A stretch of DNA of 64,000 bases from Squalus acanthias (lineage: Eukaryota): contig CM059432.1 in the NCBI GenBank assembly GCA_030390025.1, positions 1,984,001 through 2,048,000 of the forward strand. Reading direction: 5' to 3'. How positions within the stretch are numbered: the first letter of the stretch is position 1; each line of letters opens with the position of its first letter. This document shows, piece after piece, positions 11,780-25,225 of this stretch. Below the pieces are notes generated by a model, which saw nothing but the letters and a program-made list of their open reading frames with translations, did not search any database and was not told where the DNA came from. The position numbers and the translations under genes are program-made.

Positions 11780-12672
11780 TGTCAGACGTGGCTCAGTGGG
11801 TAGCACTCTCGGCTCTGAGTCAGAAGGACATTCAAGTCCCACTCCAGACACTTCAGTACAATATCTAGGCTGACACTCCAGTGCAGTACTGAGGGAGCGC
11901 CGCACTGTCGGAGGGGCAGTACTGAGGGAGCGCCGCACTGTCGGAGGGGCAGTACTGAGGGAGCGCCGCACTGTCGGAGGGGCAGTACTGAGGGAATTCC
12001 GCACTGTCGGAGGGGCAGTACTGAGGGAGCGCTGCACTGTCGGAGGGGCAGTACTGAGGGAGCGCGCACTGTCGGAGGGGCAGTACTGAGGGAATGCCGC
12101 ACTGTCGGAGGGGCAGTACTGAGGGAGCGCCGCACTGTCGGAGGGTCAGTACTGAGGGAGCGCCGCACTGTCGGAGGGTCAGTACTGAGGGAGCGCCGCA
12201 CTGTCGGAGGGGCAGTACTGAGGGAGCGCCGCACTGTCGGAGGGGCAGTACTGAGGGAGCGCCGCACTGTCGAGAGGCAGTACTGAGGGAGTGCCGCACT
12301 GTCGGAGGGGCAGTACTGAGGGAGTGCTGCACTGTCGGAGGGGCAGTACTGAGGGAATGCCGCACTGTCGGAGGTGCCGTCTTTCGGGTGAGACGTTAAC
12401 CGAGGCCCCGTCTGCCCTCTCGGGTAGACGTAAAAGTTCCCACGGCACTATTTCGAAGAAAAGCAGGGGGGAGTTATTCCCCGGTGTCCTGGGCCCAATA
12501 TTTATCCCTCAACCAACATCACTAAAAACAGATGATCTGGCCGTCATCTCATTGCCGTTTGTGGGATCTTGCTGCGCGCAAATTGGCTGCCGCGTTTCCC
12601 ATATTACAACAGCGACTACTCTTCAAAAATTGGCTGTAAAGCTCTTTGGGACGTCCTGAGGTTGTGAAAGGC
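11780..12672 (+). mobile_element. Deu-domain SINE with internal 33-bp tandem array (~15 units, 11883-12372)
   Basis: SINE head and tail intact around (GCAGTACTGAGGGAGCGCCGCACTGTCGGAGGG)n. Confidence 0.88.
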
Positions 12673-12673
12673 G

Positions 12674-13120
12674 CCTCAGGACGTCCCAAAGCGCTTTACA
12701 GCCAATGAAGTACTTTTTGAAGTGCAGTCACAGTTGTAATGTGGGAAACACGGCAGCCAATTTGCACACAGCAAGCTCCCACAAACAGCAATGTGAAAAT
12801 GATCAGATAATCTGTTTTAGTGATGCTGATTGAGGGATAAATATTGGCCAGGACACCGGGGGGAACTCCCCTGCTCTTCTTCGAAACAGTGCCGTGGGAT
12901 CTTTTACATCCACCTGAGGGGGCAGACGGGGCCTCGGTTTAACGTCTCATCCGAAAGACGGCACCTCCGACAGTGCGGCACTCCCTCAGCACTGGCACTG
13001 GGAGTGTCAGCCTAGATTTATGTGCTCAAGTCCCTGACACTCCCAGTGCAGTGCTGAGGGAGTGCTGCACTGTCGGAGGTGCCGTCTTTCGGATGAGACG
13101 TTAAACCGAGGCCCCGGCTG
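12674..13120 (-). mobile_element. Inverted Deu-SINE copy (12674-13032) followed by a short re-inverted piece (13033-13120)
   Basis: Reverse complement of the preceding SINE, abutting it tail-to-tail. Confidence 0.85.
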
Positions 13121-14064
13121 CGAGTTCTTCCTTTTTAAAAGTAAAATTTCCAGTTTTGAACTTTGAGCAACCTAAATCTTTTTTTGTCACTTTTTTGTAA
13201 AAAAAAATAATAAACCGGTCTAAATATTCAACCTTCCCCCCGACACGCCGAGGGAAGGAGGGTTTGCAGTTTCTGATATTTTTACTCCACGAAAAGAGTT
13301 TGGACTCAGGAAATTTTCGCTAAATTATTCAGTGAACTCACCGATGATATAAAGGTGCAGAAAAAAAAAAAGCCCCTTTAAAAATCCTGAACTGGAATTT
13401 TTGCAATTAGAACTATGCCATACTGAAGCATTTGATTAAATTTAGCCACAGGAAACTGTGCCAAGCACTAATGAAGCAGTAATTACCAGCCGAAAGGGAT
13501 TGGGACCAGGGAATGCACTGCGCTAACCCCGCTCACTGCTCGCACACTGCGCACAACCAACCGTTCCTCGACAACTGCTGCTCCAAGAAGTCTCCGAAGG
13601 GCCTTATCATATGGGGGGAAATGAGAAGATAACAGGCAAAGAAAAAAAAAATAATAATAAGTTCGGGGAGAAAATAATGGCGCGGCGTTTAACTTTCCCA
13701 AAAAAATATAAACCTGCCCCCAATCATTGCTTGCACGTGATGAAAAAAAAACCCCGGCAATGCTCAGACCCACGCAGGCGATGGCCCCTGCAATGAGCAA
13801 ATTCTGGCCAAGTTCTCTGTCCACAGATGAGGCGCTCCGCTTTGGCTATAATGAGTTTTCAGGTTGCAAATGCTGAACACATTAATATTCCTTGATGATA
13901 ATTATCACAGTATAAGCACCTTCCCCAATGCGAGCAACTGATGCAGCATTTTTTTTTTTATGCATTCAAAACCAGACTCTTAAGGAAGAGGCTTCTCTTT
14001 TTTTGAAGACTTAAAAAGGAAAAGAAAAAGCACAAAAAATTCTCTCTTCATCAGCGAGGCTGCC

Positions 14065-14710
14065 CCGCTTCCACCTCCGGAACGTCGCCCGTCTCCGCCC
14101 CCCCTGCCTCAGCTCATCCGCCGCTGAAACCCTCGTCCGTGTCTTTGTTACCTCGAGACTCGACTATTCCAACGCTCCCCTGGCCGGCCTCCCATCTTCC
14201 ACCCTCCGGAAACTTGAGCTCATCCAAAACTCTGCTGCCCCCGTGTCCTAACTCGCACCGAGTCCCGTTCACCCATCACCCCCTGTGCTCGCTGACCTAC
14301 ATTGGCCCCCGGTCCGGCAAGGCCTCGATTTTAAAATTCTCATCCTTGTTTTCAAAACCCTCCATGGCCCCTCCCTATCTCTGTAATCTCCTTCAGCCCC
14401 ACAACCCCCCGAGATCTCTGCGCTCCTCCAATTCTGGCCTCTCGCGCATCCCCGATTTCCTTCGTCTCACCATTGGCGGCCGTGCCTTCCGTTGCCTGGG
14501 CCCCAAGCTCTGGAATTCCCTCCCTAAACCTCTCCGCCTCTCCCTCTCCTTCTTTCAGCCGCTCCCTAAAACCTCCCTCTTGGACCAAGCTTTTGGTCAC
14601 CTGTCCTAATATCTCCTTATGTGGCTCGGTGTCAAATTTTGTTTGATAATCGCTCCTGTGAAGCGCCTTGGGACGTTTTACTACGTTAAAGGCGCTATAT
14701 TGTTGTTGAT
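14065..14710 (+). mobile_element. L2 LINE 3' fragment
   Basis: Same family as 1020-1425, extending further 5'. Confidence 0.85.
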
Positions 14711-15317
14711 GGTTATGTCATACACTCCCTGGTTATGTAATACACTCCCTGCTGTGGGCGCGATGACAGTGTCGCGGATGTAACCACTGATTCTCACCCA
14801 ACAAAACCTGAGTCACTTGCATGCTGTGCTGGTCAGAGGGTTAATATTAGAAAATAAGAGATATTTTTAAGAACCGCCAAATGCCATTAGGCGAACAGGT
14901 ACATCGCTTTTGGATGGATGGAGGCCTCCTACCCGCCTTTGCTCAATATCCCTCACTCTCTTCTCTCTCCAAAATGCAACTATTGCTCTGTGCACCCACG
15001 TACTCTTTCAGCTTCAATGACCTGTCCTGATCGCTTACACCACAGCCCTTGGGGTTGACCCTAATTTGCCTAATTTTCAGGGTCAAGGCTTCCGATCAGC
15101 TCTGCAGAGTTCCACTTTTGGGAGGTTTTCACGGGTTTAAAGCAGAGTGTATACTGGCAGTCTAGCTGACATTAGCTCGGTGCTGGACAACCGGGCGATG
15201 ATTCCCTTAACATAACACAGAGCTCAGTCCAAAGACGGACACACAGTTCCAACGCAGATTCCCTCAGTCTTGAGGTCGCGCAAAGTAAAGCTGAACGAGG
15301 GAGTAACTGAAAAAAAT

Positions 15318-16920
15318 CACAGAATCACAGAATGGTACAGCACAGGAGGAGGCCATTCGGCCCATCGTGCCTCTTTGGTCGAGCTCTCCAATTAGGCCCA
15401 CTGCCCCCCTGCTCTTTCCCTACAGTCCTGCAAATTTCTCCCCTTCAAGAATTTCTCCAATTCCCTTTTGAAAGTTATTATTGAATCTGTTTCCACCGCC
15501 CTTTCAGGCAGCGCATTGCAGATCAAAACAACTCACTGCGTCTTCAAAAAAAATTCTCATCTCACCGCTGGTTCTTTTACGAATGACCTTAAATCTGTTT
15601 TAATCATCTTAAAAAAAAAACATATAAGAACAGTAGGAAACTAGTAAGAAATATCACTTTCTGAGCTCCAAGTACTAGGTGAAATCATGTGATCGCACAA
15701 AGCCAGGAGTTGACATTCCTCCTACCTGTGACCTGAGGTAAATTTTACACAGAACTTACAGCACGGAAACAGGCCATTCGGCCCAACCAGTCCATGCCGG
15801 TGTTTATGCTCCACTCGAGCCTCCTCCCATCTTTCCTCATCTAAATCTATCAACAGATCCCTCTATTCCTTTCTCCCTCATGTGTTTATCCAGCTTCCCC
15901 TTTAAATGCATCGATACTATTCGCCTCGACCAATCCCAGTGGGAGCGAGTTCCACATTCTCACCACTCTCTGGGCAAAGACGTTTCCCCTGAAATTAACT
16001 TTTTTGATACTTAACAAGTAAAACCAATTTGGATACTGCGCCCCAAATCAAAACAGATCTCCTCTGCACCCTCTCCAAGGCTTTGACATCCTTCCTCATG
16101 CATTCTGAGACCAGGTGTGAGCAGTCACTGGTATCCAGTGCTCACACACACGTTTGATATACTTGCCTTAGAAGGGGTGCAAAGAAGGTTCACTGGATTG
16201 ATTCCTGGGATGAGAGGGCTGTCCTATGAGGAGAGATTGCCTATACTCGCTGGAGTTTAGAAGAATGAGAGGCGATCTCATTGAAACATAGGATTCTGAG
16301 GGGGATTGACAGGGTAGATGCTGAGAGGTTGTTTCCCCCGGCTGGAGAGTCTAGAACCAGGGGTCACAGTCTCAGGATAAGGGGTCGGCCATTTAAGACC
16401 GAAATGAGGAGGAATTTTTTACATGGGATATACAGCACAGAAACAGGCCATTCGGCCCAACCCTCTATTCCCTTCTCCCTCATATGCTTATCCAGCCTCC
16501 CCTTAAATACATCGATACTATTCGCCTCAACCACTCCCTGTGGTAGCGAGTTCCACATTCTCACCACTCTCTGAGTAAAGAAGTTTCTTCTGAATTCCCT
16601 ATTGGATTTCTTGGTGACTATCTTATATTGATGGCCTCTAGTTATGCTCTTCCCCACAAGTGGAAACATTCTCTTCACTCAGAGGGTGGTGAATTCTTGG
16701 AATTCTCTGCCCCAGAGGGCTGTGGATGCTGAGTCGTTGAGTATATTCAGGGCTGAGATCGATAGATTTTTGGGCACTAAGGGAATCGAGGGATATGGAG
16801 ATCGGGCGGGAAAGTGGAGTTGAGGTCGAAGATCGGCCATGATCTTATTGAATGGCGGGGCAGGCTCGAGGGGCCGAATGGCCGACTCCTGCTCCTAATT
16901 CTTTTGTTCTTATGTTTTCT
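15318..16920. mobile_element. Cluster of CR1 3' fragments (15318-15600 -, 15745-15990 -, 16155-16920 + with an antisense CR1 piece nested at 16420-16672)
   Basis: ORF 16364-16678(-) and flanks carry FFTQRVV..WNSLP; the host resumes at TTCACTCAGAGGG after the insert. Confidence 0.8.
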
Positions 16921-17049
16921 AGTGCCCAGTGTAGGAATGAGGTAGGTAGAGATCCAGGAGCAGGTACCTTTCTTCATTTCTCTTTTAAAGAAAAAAGTAA
17001 AGATTGGCATAAAATGTGAGAGAGGCAGGGAGGAGGGGGAGGGGGGAGG

Positions 17050-17549
17050 NNNNNNNNNNNNNNNNNNNNNNNNNNNNNNNNNNNNNNNNNNNNNNNNNNN
17101 NNNNNNNNNNNNNNNNNNNNNNNNNNNNNNNNNNNNNNNNNNNNNNNNNNNNNNNNNNNNNNNNNNNNNNNNNNNNNNNNNNNNNNNNNNNNNNNNNNNN
17201 NNNNNNNNNNNNNNNNNNNNNNNNNNNNNNNNNNNNNNNNNNNNNNNNNNNNNNNNNNNNNNNNNNNNNNNNNNNNNNNNNNNNNNNNNNNNNNNNNNNN
17301 NNNNNNNNNNNNNNNNNNNNNNNNNNNNNNNNNNNNNNNNNNNNNNNNNNNNNNNNNNNNNNNNNNNNNNNNNNNNNNNNNNNNNNNNNNNNNNNNNNNN
17401 NNNNNNNNNNNNNNNNNNNNNNNNNNNNNNNNNNNNNNNNNNNNNNNNNNNNNNNNNNNNNNNNNNNNNNNNNNNNNNNNNNNNNNNNNNNNNNNNNNNN
17501 NNNNNNNNNNNNNNNNNNNNNNNNNNNNNNNNNNNNNNNNNNNNNNNNN
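17050..17549. other. Assembly gap (500 N)
   Basis: Run of N; ORFs spanning it are artefacts. Confidence 1.
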
Positions 17550-18090
17550 CACACTCACTCACACACACACACAGACAGACACACTCACTCACACACACAC
17601 ACACACACAGACTCACAGACACACACACACTCACTCTTACACACACTCACACACACACTCACACACAGACAAAAACACACACACACTCACACAAAGACAA
17701 AAGCACACACACTCACTCACAAACACTCACACACACACACTCACACTCACACACAGACAAAAACACACACACACTCACACAAAGACAAAAGCACACACAC
17801 TCACTCACAAACACTCACACACACTCACTCACAAACAGACACACACACTCACACACAGACACCCACACACACACTCACACACACACAGACACACTCACTC
17901 ACAAACACTCACACACAGACTCCCCCACTCACACACACACACACACACACTCACACACACACAAACAGACACACACACACACAGACAATAACACACACAC
18001 ACACACTCACACTCACTCACAAACACTCACACACAGACTCCCACACACACACACTCACACACAGACACCCACACACACTCACACACAGAC
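17550..18090. repeat. Degenerate (CA)n/(CACT)n microsatellite
   Basis: Visible directly. Confidence 0.97.
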
Positions 18091-18092
18091 AT

Positions 18093-19018
18093 GGGGTCAG
18101 AAATGGGGATGTTCGCTGATGACTGCACAGTGTTCAGCGCCATTCACAACTCCTCAGATAATGAAGCAGTACATGCCCACATGCAACAAGACCTGGACGA
18201 CGTTCAGGCTTGGGCTGATAAGTAGCAGGTAACATTCGTGCCAGAGAAGTGCCAGACAATGACTATCTCCAACAAGCGAGAGTCTAACCACCTCCCCATG
18301 ACATTCAACAGCATTACCATCACCGAATCCCCCACCATCAACATCCTGGGGGTCACCATTGACCAGAAACGAACTGGACCAGCCACATAAATACTGTGGC
18401 AACAAGAGCAGGTCAGAGGCTGGGTATTCTGCGGCGAGTGTTTCACCTCCTGACTCCCCAAAGCCTTTCCACCATCTACAAGGCACAAGTAAGGAGTGTG
18501 ATGGAATACTCTCCACTTGCCTGGATGAGTGCAGCTCCAACAACACTCAAGAAGCTCGACACCATCCAGGACAAAGCAGCCCGCTTGATTGGCACCCCAT
18601 CCACCACCTTAAACATTCACTCCCTCCACCACCGGCGCACCGTGGCTGCAGTGTGTACCATCTACAAGATGCACTGCAGCAACTCGCCAAGGCTTCTTCG
18701 GCAGCACCTCCCAAACCTGCGACCTCTTCCACCTAGAAGGACAAGGGCAGCAGGCGCATGGGAACACCACCACCTCCAAGTTCCCCTCCAAGTCACACAC
18801 CATCCTGACTTGGAAATATATCGGCCGTTCCTTCATCGTCGCTGGATCAAAATCCTGGAACTCTCTCCCTGACAGCACTGTGGGAGCACCTTCACCACAC
18901 GGACTGCAGCGGTTCAAGAAGGCGGCTCACCACCACCTTCTCAAGGACAATTCGGGATGGGCAATAAATGCCGGCCTTGCCAGCGACGCCCACATCCCAT
19001 GAACGAATAAAAAAAAAC
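18093..19018 (+). mobile_element. CR1/L2-group LINE (poly(A)-tailed family), RT end to tail, embedded in the CA array
   Basis: GMFADDCT RT motif at ~18105-18128; ORF 18396-18872 (IYKAQVRSVMEYSPLAW..LDTIQDKAARLI); AATAAA and an A tail. Confidence 0.85.
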
Positions 19019-20947
19019 ACCCACACACACACTCTCACGCACAAATACACACTCTCACAGTCACGCACACACACACATTCATACACACTCACACACACAC
19101 TCACACTCACACATTCTCACACACACACACACACTCACACACACTCACTCACACACACACAGACACACGCACTCACACACACAATCACTCACACACACCA
19201 CACACTCACACACGCACTCACACACACACACACAATCACTCACACACACCACACATGCTCACACACACACTCACAGACACTCACACACACACTCACACAC
19301 ACACACAGACACTCACACACACTCACACACACACACAGACACTCACACACAGACACACGCAGACACACTCACACACACACACTCACACACACACTCTCAC
19401 CCACACACACACTCACACACACACACTCACACACACACTCTCACCCACACACACTCTCACCCACACACACACAGACACACACTCACACACTCACATTCAC
19501 ACTCACACACACACTCACACACACTCTCACACACACGCACACACTCTCACACACACACTCTCGCACACACACACACTCACACACTCTCACACACACACTC
19601 TCACACACACACACACTCATACACACACACTCACACACACACTCACACACACACTCACACAAACACACTCTCACACACACTCACACACACACTCTCACCC
19701 ACACACACTCTCACCCACACACACTCACACACACACTCTCACCCACACACACTCTCACCCACACACACTCTCACCCACACACACTCACACACTCTCACCC
19801 ACACACACTCTCACCCACACACACTCACACACACACACTCTCACCCACACACACTCTCACCCACACACACTCTCACACACACACACTCACACACACACTC
19901 TCACCCACACACACTCTCACCCACACACACTCACACACACTCACACACACACACTCCCACCCACACCCCTCACACACACACACACACACACACTCACACT
20001 CTCACTCATACACAAACACTCACACACAGACGCTCACACTCACACACAGACACAGACACACACTCACACACACACTCACACACTCACACACACAGACACA
20101 CACTCACTCACACTCTCACTCACACACACTCACACACACACACACACACACTCGCTCACACACACTCACACACGCACTCACACACACAATCACACACACA
20201 CACTCACACTCACACAGACACTCACACACATACACTCACACACACACTCACACAGACAAACACTATCACAGTCACTCACACACACACACTCACACACACA
20301 CACTCACGCACAGACACACACACTCACACACACTCACAAACACACACACACACACTCAGACACACACACATTCACGCACTCACTCACACACTCACACACA
20401 CACACTAACACTCACACACTCACAGACACTCACAGACACTCACACACACACTCAGACACACACACTCACACTCACCACACACACACTCACACACACACTC
20501 ACACTAACACTCACACACACACACAGACACTCACACACACACTCACACACACACAGACTCACACACACACTCACCACACACACACACGCACTCACACAGA
20601 CACTCACACACACACAAACTCACACGCACACACACACACACACACACTCACACACTCACACACACACACACTCACACGCACACACACTCACTCACACATA
20701 CACTCACACACAGACACACACTCACACACACTCACTCACACAGACACTCACACACACACACACTCACACACACTCACTCACACATACACTCACACACATA
20801 CTCACACAGACACACACACTCACACACTCACACACACACTCACACACACTCACACTCACACACACACACAGACACACTCACACACACACACACACACACT
20901 CACACTCTCACACACACTCTCTCACACACTCACACACTCACACTCAC
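19019..20947. repeat. ~1.9-kb degenerate (CA)n microsatellite
   Basis: Visible directly; source of the His/Thr ORFs. Confidence 0.97.
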
Positions 20948-21092
20948 TGCCAGTCTAAGATCAATTGTAAACAAATCAAAGAAACCATTGTTAATCACTG
21001 ACACGATCTCCCTGGTGCTATCAGCACACTGCTGCACTTATATTAAAATAAAATATAAGTAAAAAAGAGCTGACAGAATCTACCCGGGGTTC

Positions 21093-21963
21093 TGTCCGGG
21101 GCTCAGTGGGCAGCACTCTCGCCTCGGAATGAGAAGGTTGAGGTTTCAAGTCCCCACTTCAGAGACTTGAGCACAAAAATCTAGGCTGACACTCCCAGTG
21201 CAGTACTGAGGGAGCGCCGCACTGTCGGAGGGGCAGTACTGAGGGAGCGCCGCACTGTCAGAGGGGCAGTACTGAGGGAGCGCCGCACTGTCAGAGGGGC
21301 AGTACTGAGGGAGCGCCGCACTGTCAGAGGGGCAGTACTGAGGGAGCGCCGCACTGTCGGAGGGGCAGTATTGAGGGAGTGCTGCACTGTTGGAGGGGCA
21401 GTACTGAGGGAGTGCTGCACTGTCGGAGGGTCAGTACTGAGGGAGCGCCGCACTGTCAGAGGGGCAGTACTGAGGGAGCGCTGTACTGTCGGAGGGGCAG
21501 TACTGAGGGAGCGCTGCACTGTCGGAGTGGCAGTACTGAGGGAGCACCGCACTGTCGGAGGGGCAGTACTGAGGGAGCACCGCACTGTCGGAGGGGCAGT
21601 ACTGAGGGAGCGCCGCACTGTCGGAGGGGCAGTACTGAGGGAGCGCCGCACTGTCGGAGGTGCCGTCTTTCAGATGAGACATTAAACCGAGGCCCCGTCT
21701 GCTCTCTCAGGTGGACGGAAAAGATACCATGGCACTATTTCGAAGAAGAGCAGGGGAGTTATCGCTGGTGTCCTGGCGAATGTTAATCCCTCATCACTAA
21801 AACAGATTATCTGGCCATTATCACAATGTGGGAGCTTGCGGTGCGCAAAATGTCTGCCGCGTTTTCTACAGTGACTACATTTCAAAAGGTACTTCATTGG
21901 CAGTAAAGCACTTTGGGACGTCCTGTGGTCGTGAAAGGCGCTATATGAATGCAAGTCTTTCTT
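21093..21963 (+). mobile_element. Deu-domain SINE with internal 33-bp tandem array (~14 units, 21200-21660)
   Basis: Same architecture and unit as 11780-12672. Confidence 0.88.
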
Positions 21964-22667
21964 TGTATATAAATGCACGTTGCTGCAATTACACCTAAGA
22001 CAACCTATACAACAGATTCCACTGAGGACACAATTAAGGAAACAAGGTTTGCAAAAACTCCAACCCCAATCTATTGAATGCATGCGGAGGCGGGTTTTAG
22101 CAACGTGCCAACATGATTAATAAGAATTAGATTTCTCTATTTACAATGAAAACGAGCACAGGACGGAGACGGTTTAATTAGAGACCGAGATACGAGACAG
22201 CAACACTTTTTGAAAATGATCTATAAAGGAGAGGTGCAGCCACTGCTACAACAAACCCTCTGAAGGCAAAGTTCCTCCTTTAAGAATGCTCGTCACTGGG
22301 CTGTTTGTGTCATCTCTGGTCAGTGGACCATGTCTCCATTAATGAAATCACCACTTCAGGTGCCTGGAGTCTCCGGCAATAATCTGACATTTTGCATTAA
22401 TGGGAATTTATGTGAACCATGATCTCCTGCAGAATCCGGGCAGTCCTGTTCCGCGTCCTGGAATTTGCTGTCGGAAGAGGAATAATAAAAAAAAGAAAGC
22501 GGCAGCTGCGCCACTCTGTCCATTTATTATCTTTCCCAAAATAAAAACCAAACAAGCGCGTGTGGAAACCTGTTCGTGGTGCTGCCCAACAGAAAGTATT
22601 TCTCCAAAGCTTCTGCCTTGTTATTAGCGCAGTGTGCAGTGACGATTAGAGTTTAACCCGCCATCCA

Positions 22668-23610
22668 TTACATGGAACGTACGGCACAGAAACAGGCCAT
22701 TCGGCCCCACTGGTCCGTGCCTGGTGTTTCTGCTCCACACCAGCCTCCTCCCACCCCTCTTCATCTCACCCCATCACCATATCCTGCTATTCCTTTCTCC
22801 CTCATGTGTTTATCCAGCTTCCCCTTAATGATAAAGCACTAATATCAATACTGGATGGCAAGAGAGGTTTTTGCACTAGCTCAGGAGCCACACAGGTGGG
22901 ACATGGAACGTGTTACATAGGATTACACAGAACATACAGAACAGAAACAGGCCATTCGGCCCAACCAGTCCATGCCGGCGTTTATTCTCCACTCGAGCCT
23001 CCTCCCGTCTTTCCTCATCTAACTCTATCAGCATAACCCTCTATTCCCTTCTCCCTCATGTGCTTGTCCAGCCTCCCCTTAAATGTATCTATACTATTCG
23101 CCTCAACCACTCCCTGTGGTAGCGAGTTCCACATTCTCACCACTCTCTGGGTAAAGAAGTTTCTCCTGAATTCCCCATTGGATTTATTAGTGATTATCTT
23201 ATATTTATGGCCACTAGTTCTGGTCTCCCCACAAGTGGAAACATCTTCTCTGCATCTACCCTGTCAAACCCCTTCACAATCTTAAAGACCTCTATCAGGT
23301 CACCGCTCAGCCTTCTCTTTTCTAGAGTAAAGAGCCCCAGGCCTGTTCAATCTTTCCTGATGGTTATAACCTCTCAGCTAGGCCACTCAGGATTAAAATG
23401 GGGAAACATTTTTTCATTCAACACAGAGTAGAAATCTGGAATTCTCTCCCCCAAATAGCTTTGGATGCTGGAGGTCAATTGAAATTTTCAGGACAGAGAT
23501 CGACAGGTTTTTATTTGGTAAGGTTATCAAGGGATATGGATCAAAGGTGGGTAGATGGAGTTGAGGTACAGGTCGGCCATGAGCTAAGTAAATGGCGGAA
23601 CGGGCTGGAG
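22668..23610. mobile_element. CR1 3' fragments (22668-22830 -, 22912-23358 -, 23385-23610 +)
   Basis: Shared CR1 3' UTR (ACAGGCCATTCGGCCC on +) and WNSLP-encoding segments. Confidence 0.75.
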
Positions 23611-23654
23611 GGATCTTTTGTCATATTGGTGGTAAGAATGGTCTCTAGTTTTAA

Positions 23655-24085
23655 TCCCTCGCTGACCTACATTGGCTCCCGGTCCGGCAACACCTCGATT
23701 TTAAAATTCTCATCCTTTTTGACAAATCTGTCCCTGGCCTCGCCCCCCCCTTTCTCTGTAATCTCTTCCAGCCCTACAACCCCCCGAGATCTCTGCGCTG
23801 CTCCAAGTCTGCCCTCTTGAGCATCCCCCGATTTTAATCGCTCCACCATTGGTGGCCGTGCCTTCAGCTGCCTGGGCCCCGAGCTCTGGAATTCCCTCCC
23901 TAAACCTCTCCGCCTCTCTCTCCTCCTTTAAGACGCTCCTTAAAACCGACCTCTTTGACCAGGCTTTTGGTCACCTGTCCTAATATCCCCTTATGTGGCT
24001 CGGTGTCAAATTTTGTCTGATAAGCGCTCCTGTGACGTCGTAAAAGGTCCCAAGGCGCTATATAAATGCAGGGTTGTTGCTGTTG
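23655..24085 (+). mobile_element. L2 LINE 3' fragment
   Basis: Same family as 1020-1425. Confidence 0.85.
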
Positions 24086-24609
24086 TATAAATCAGGCGCT
24101 CGGTTCGGTATTGGACTGTTGCACTCAGCCTGCTCTCTGTGAGAGAGACCTAATGCCTGTTCAGCATATTTCTATCACTGAACAGAAAGCAAAACAAGTG
24201 AGATGAGCAGTGCAATCAATGAGTAATTAAAATGGATATTGATTTGGTTTCTGAAGAGAGTGTTGGCCTCACAAAATTTCGCCTTGCAAGCCAAAAATCT
24301 TCTGCATTGCAAAAACCCTGAGTCCAGACTCTCAAAGATTGCACTTTTTACGCTTCAGGTGCTTTCTGACAGCTTCAAAAAGGATTTTATTCTTTAAAAA
24401 AAACCCAGAAAAGCCTATAAGCTCATCTGAGAGCTTTGATCCTGCTGGTAAATCCCCCTTCCCCCGCTCGCCCCGTCTGATTTTCTTCATTTCATGAAAG
24501 TGTGGACTATTATTGGAGCAGGATTTCACGCGCACGTTTACTCCCCCCACCCATCTCTCACCCCCTTCCGGCTCCTCCACTCCGGAAGCTAATGTCAGGT
24601 TTCGACTCG

Positions 24610-25225
24610 GGGGCGGGGCACAGGCTGAATTGGGTTTGGTTGGGTTGGGGATCTCGGGCTGGGCTGGGCTGGGTTGTGTTGGGGGGAAGAGGCTGCATTG
24701 GGTCGGGCTGGGCTGGGCTGGGCTGGGTTGGGGGGAAGAGGCTGCATTGGGTCGGGCTGGGCTGGGTTATGTTGGGGGGAAGAGGCTGCATTGGGTCGGG
24801 CTGGGCTGGGCTGGGCTGGGTTGGGGGGAAGAGGCTGCACTGGGTCGGGCTGGGCTGGGCTGGGTTGTGTTGGGGGGAAGAGGCTACATTTGGGGTTGGG
24901 CTGGGGACACTGGTTGGGTTGTGTTGGGGGGAAGAGGCTCTACTGGGTCAGGCTGGGGGCACTGGCTGGGTTGTGTTGGGGGGAAGAGGCTGCATTGGGT
25001 CAGGCTGGGGGCACTGGCTGGGCTGGGTTGTGTTGGGGGGAAGAGGCTCTACTGGGTCGGGCTGGGGGCACTGGCTGGGTTGTGTTGGGGGGATTCGGGC
25101 TGGACTGAGCTGGGATGGGGGCACAGGCTGCATTGGGTTTGGTTGGGTTGGGGAGTTCGGGCTGAGCTGGGGTAGGTTGGTGGGCACTGGATGGGTTGGG
25201 TTGGGGTCTCTTGTGGGCTTGGGCT
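24610..25225 (+). repeat. G-rich minisatellite (variable ~40-50-bp unit GGGGGGAAGAGGCTGCATTGGGTC(GGGCT)n..GGGTT)
   Basis: Repeated anchor GGGGGGAAGAGGCT with variable numbers of GGGCT pentamers; strong strand asymmetry. Confidence 0.9.

Noticed and set aside
11883..12372. CRISPR-like 33-bp repeats (also 21200-21660, 42925-43122, the 39-bp array at 43942 and the 26-bp array at 48661)
   Set aside because: Units are head-to-tail with no unique spacers, there are no cas genes, and the context is vertebrate TE sequence.
16777..18119. Long ORFs around 17 kb
   Set aside because: Artefacts of the 500-N gap.
18968..21001. 677-aa and 567-aa His/Thr-rich ORFs
   Set aside because: Translations of a (CA)n microsatellite, which lacks stops in these frames by composition.
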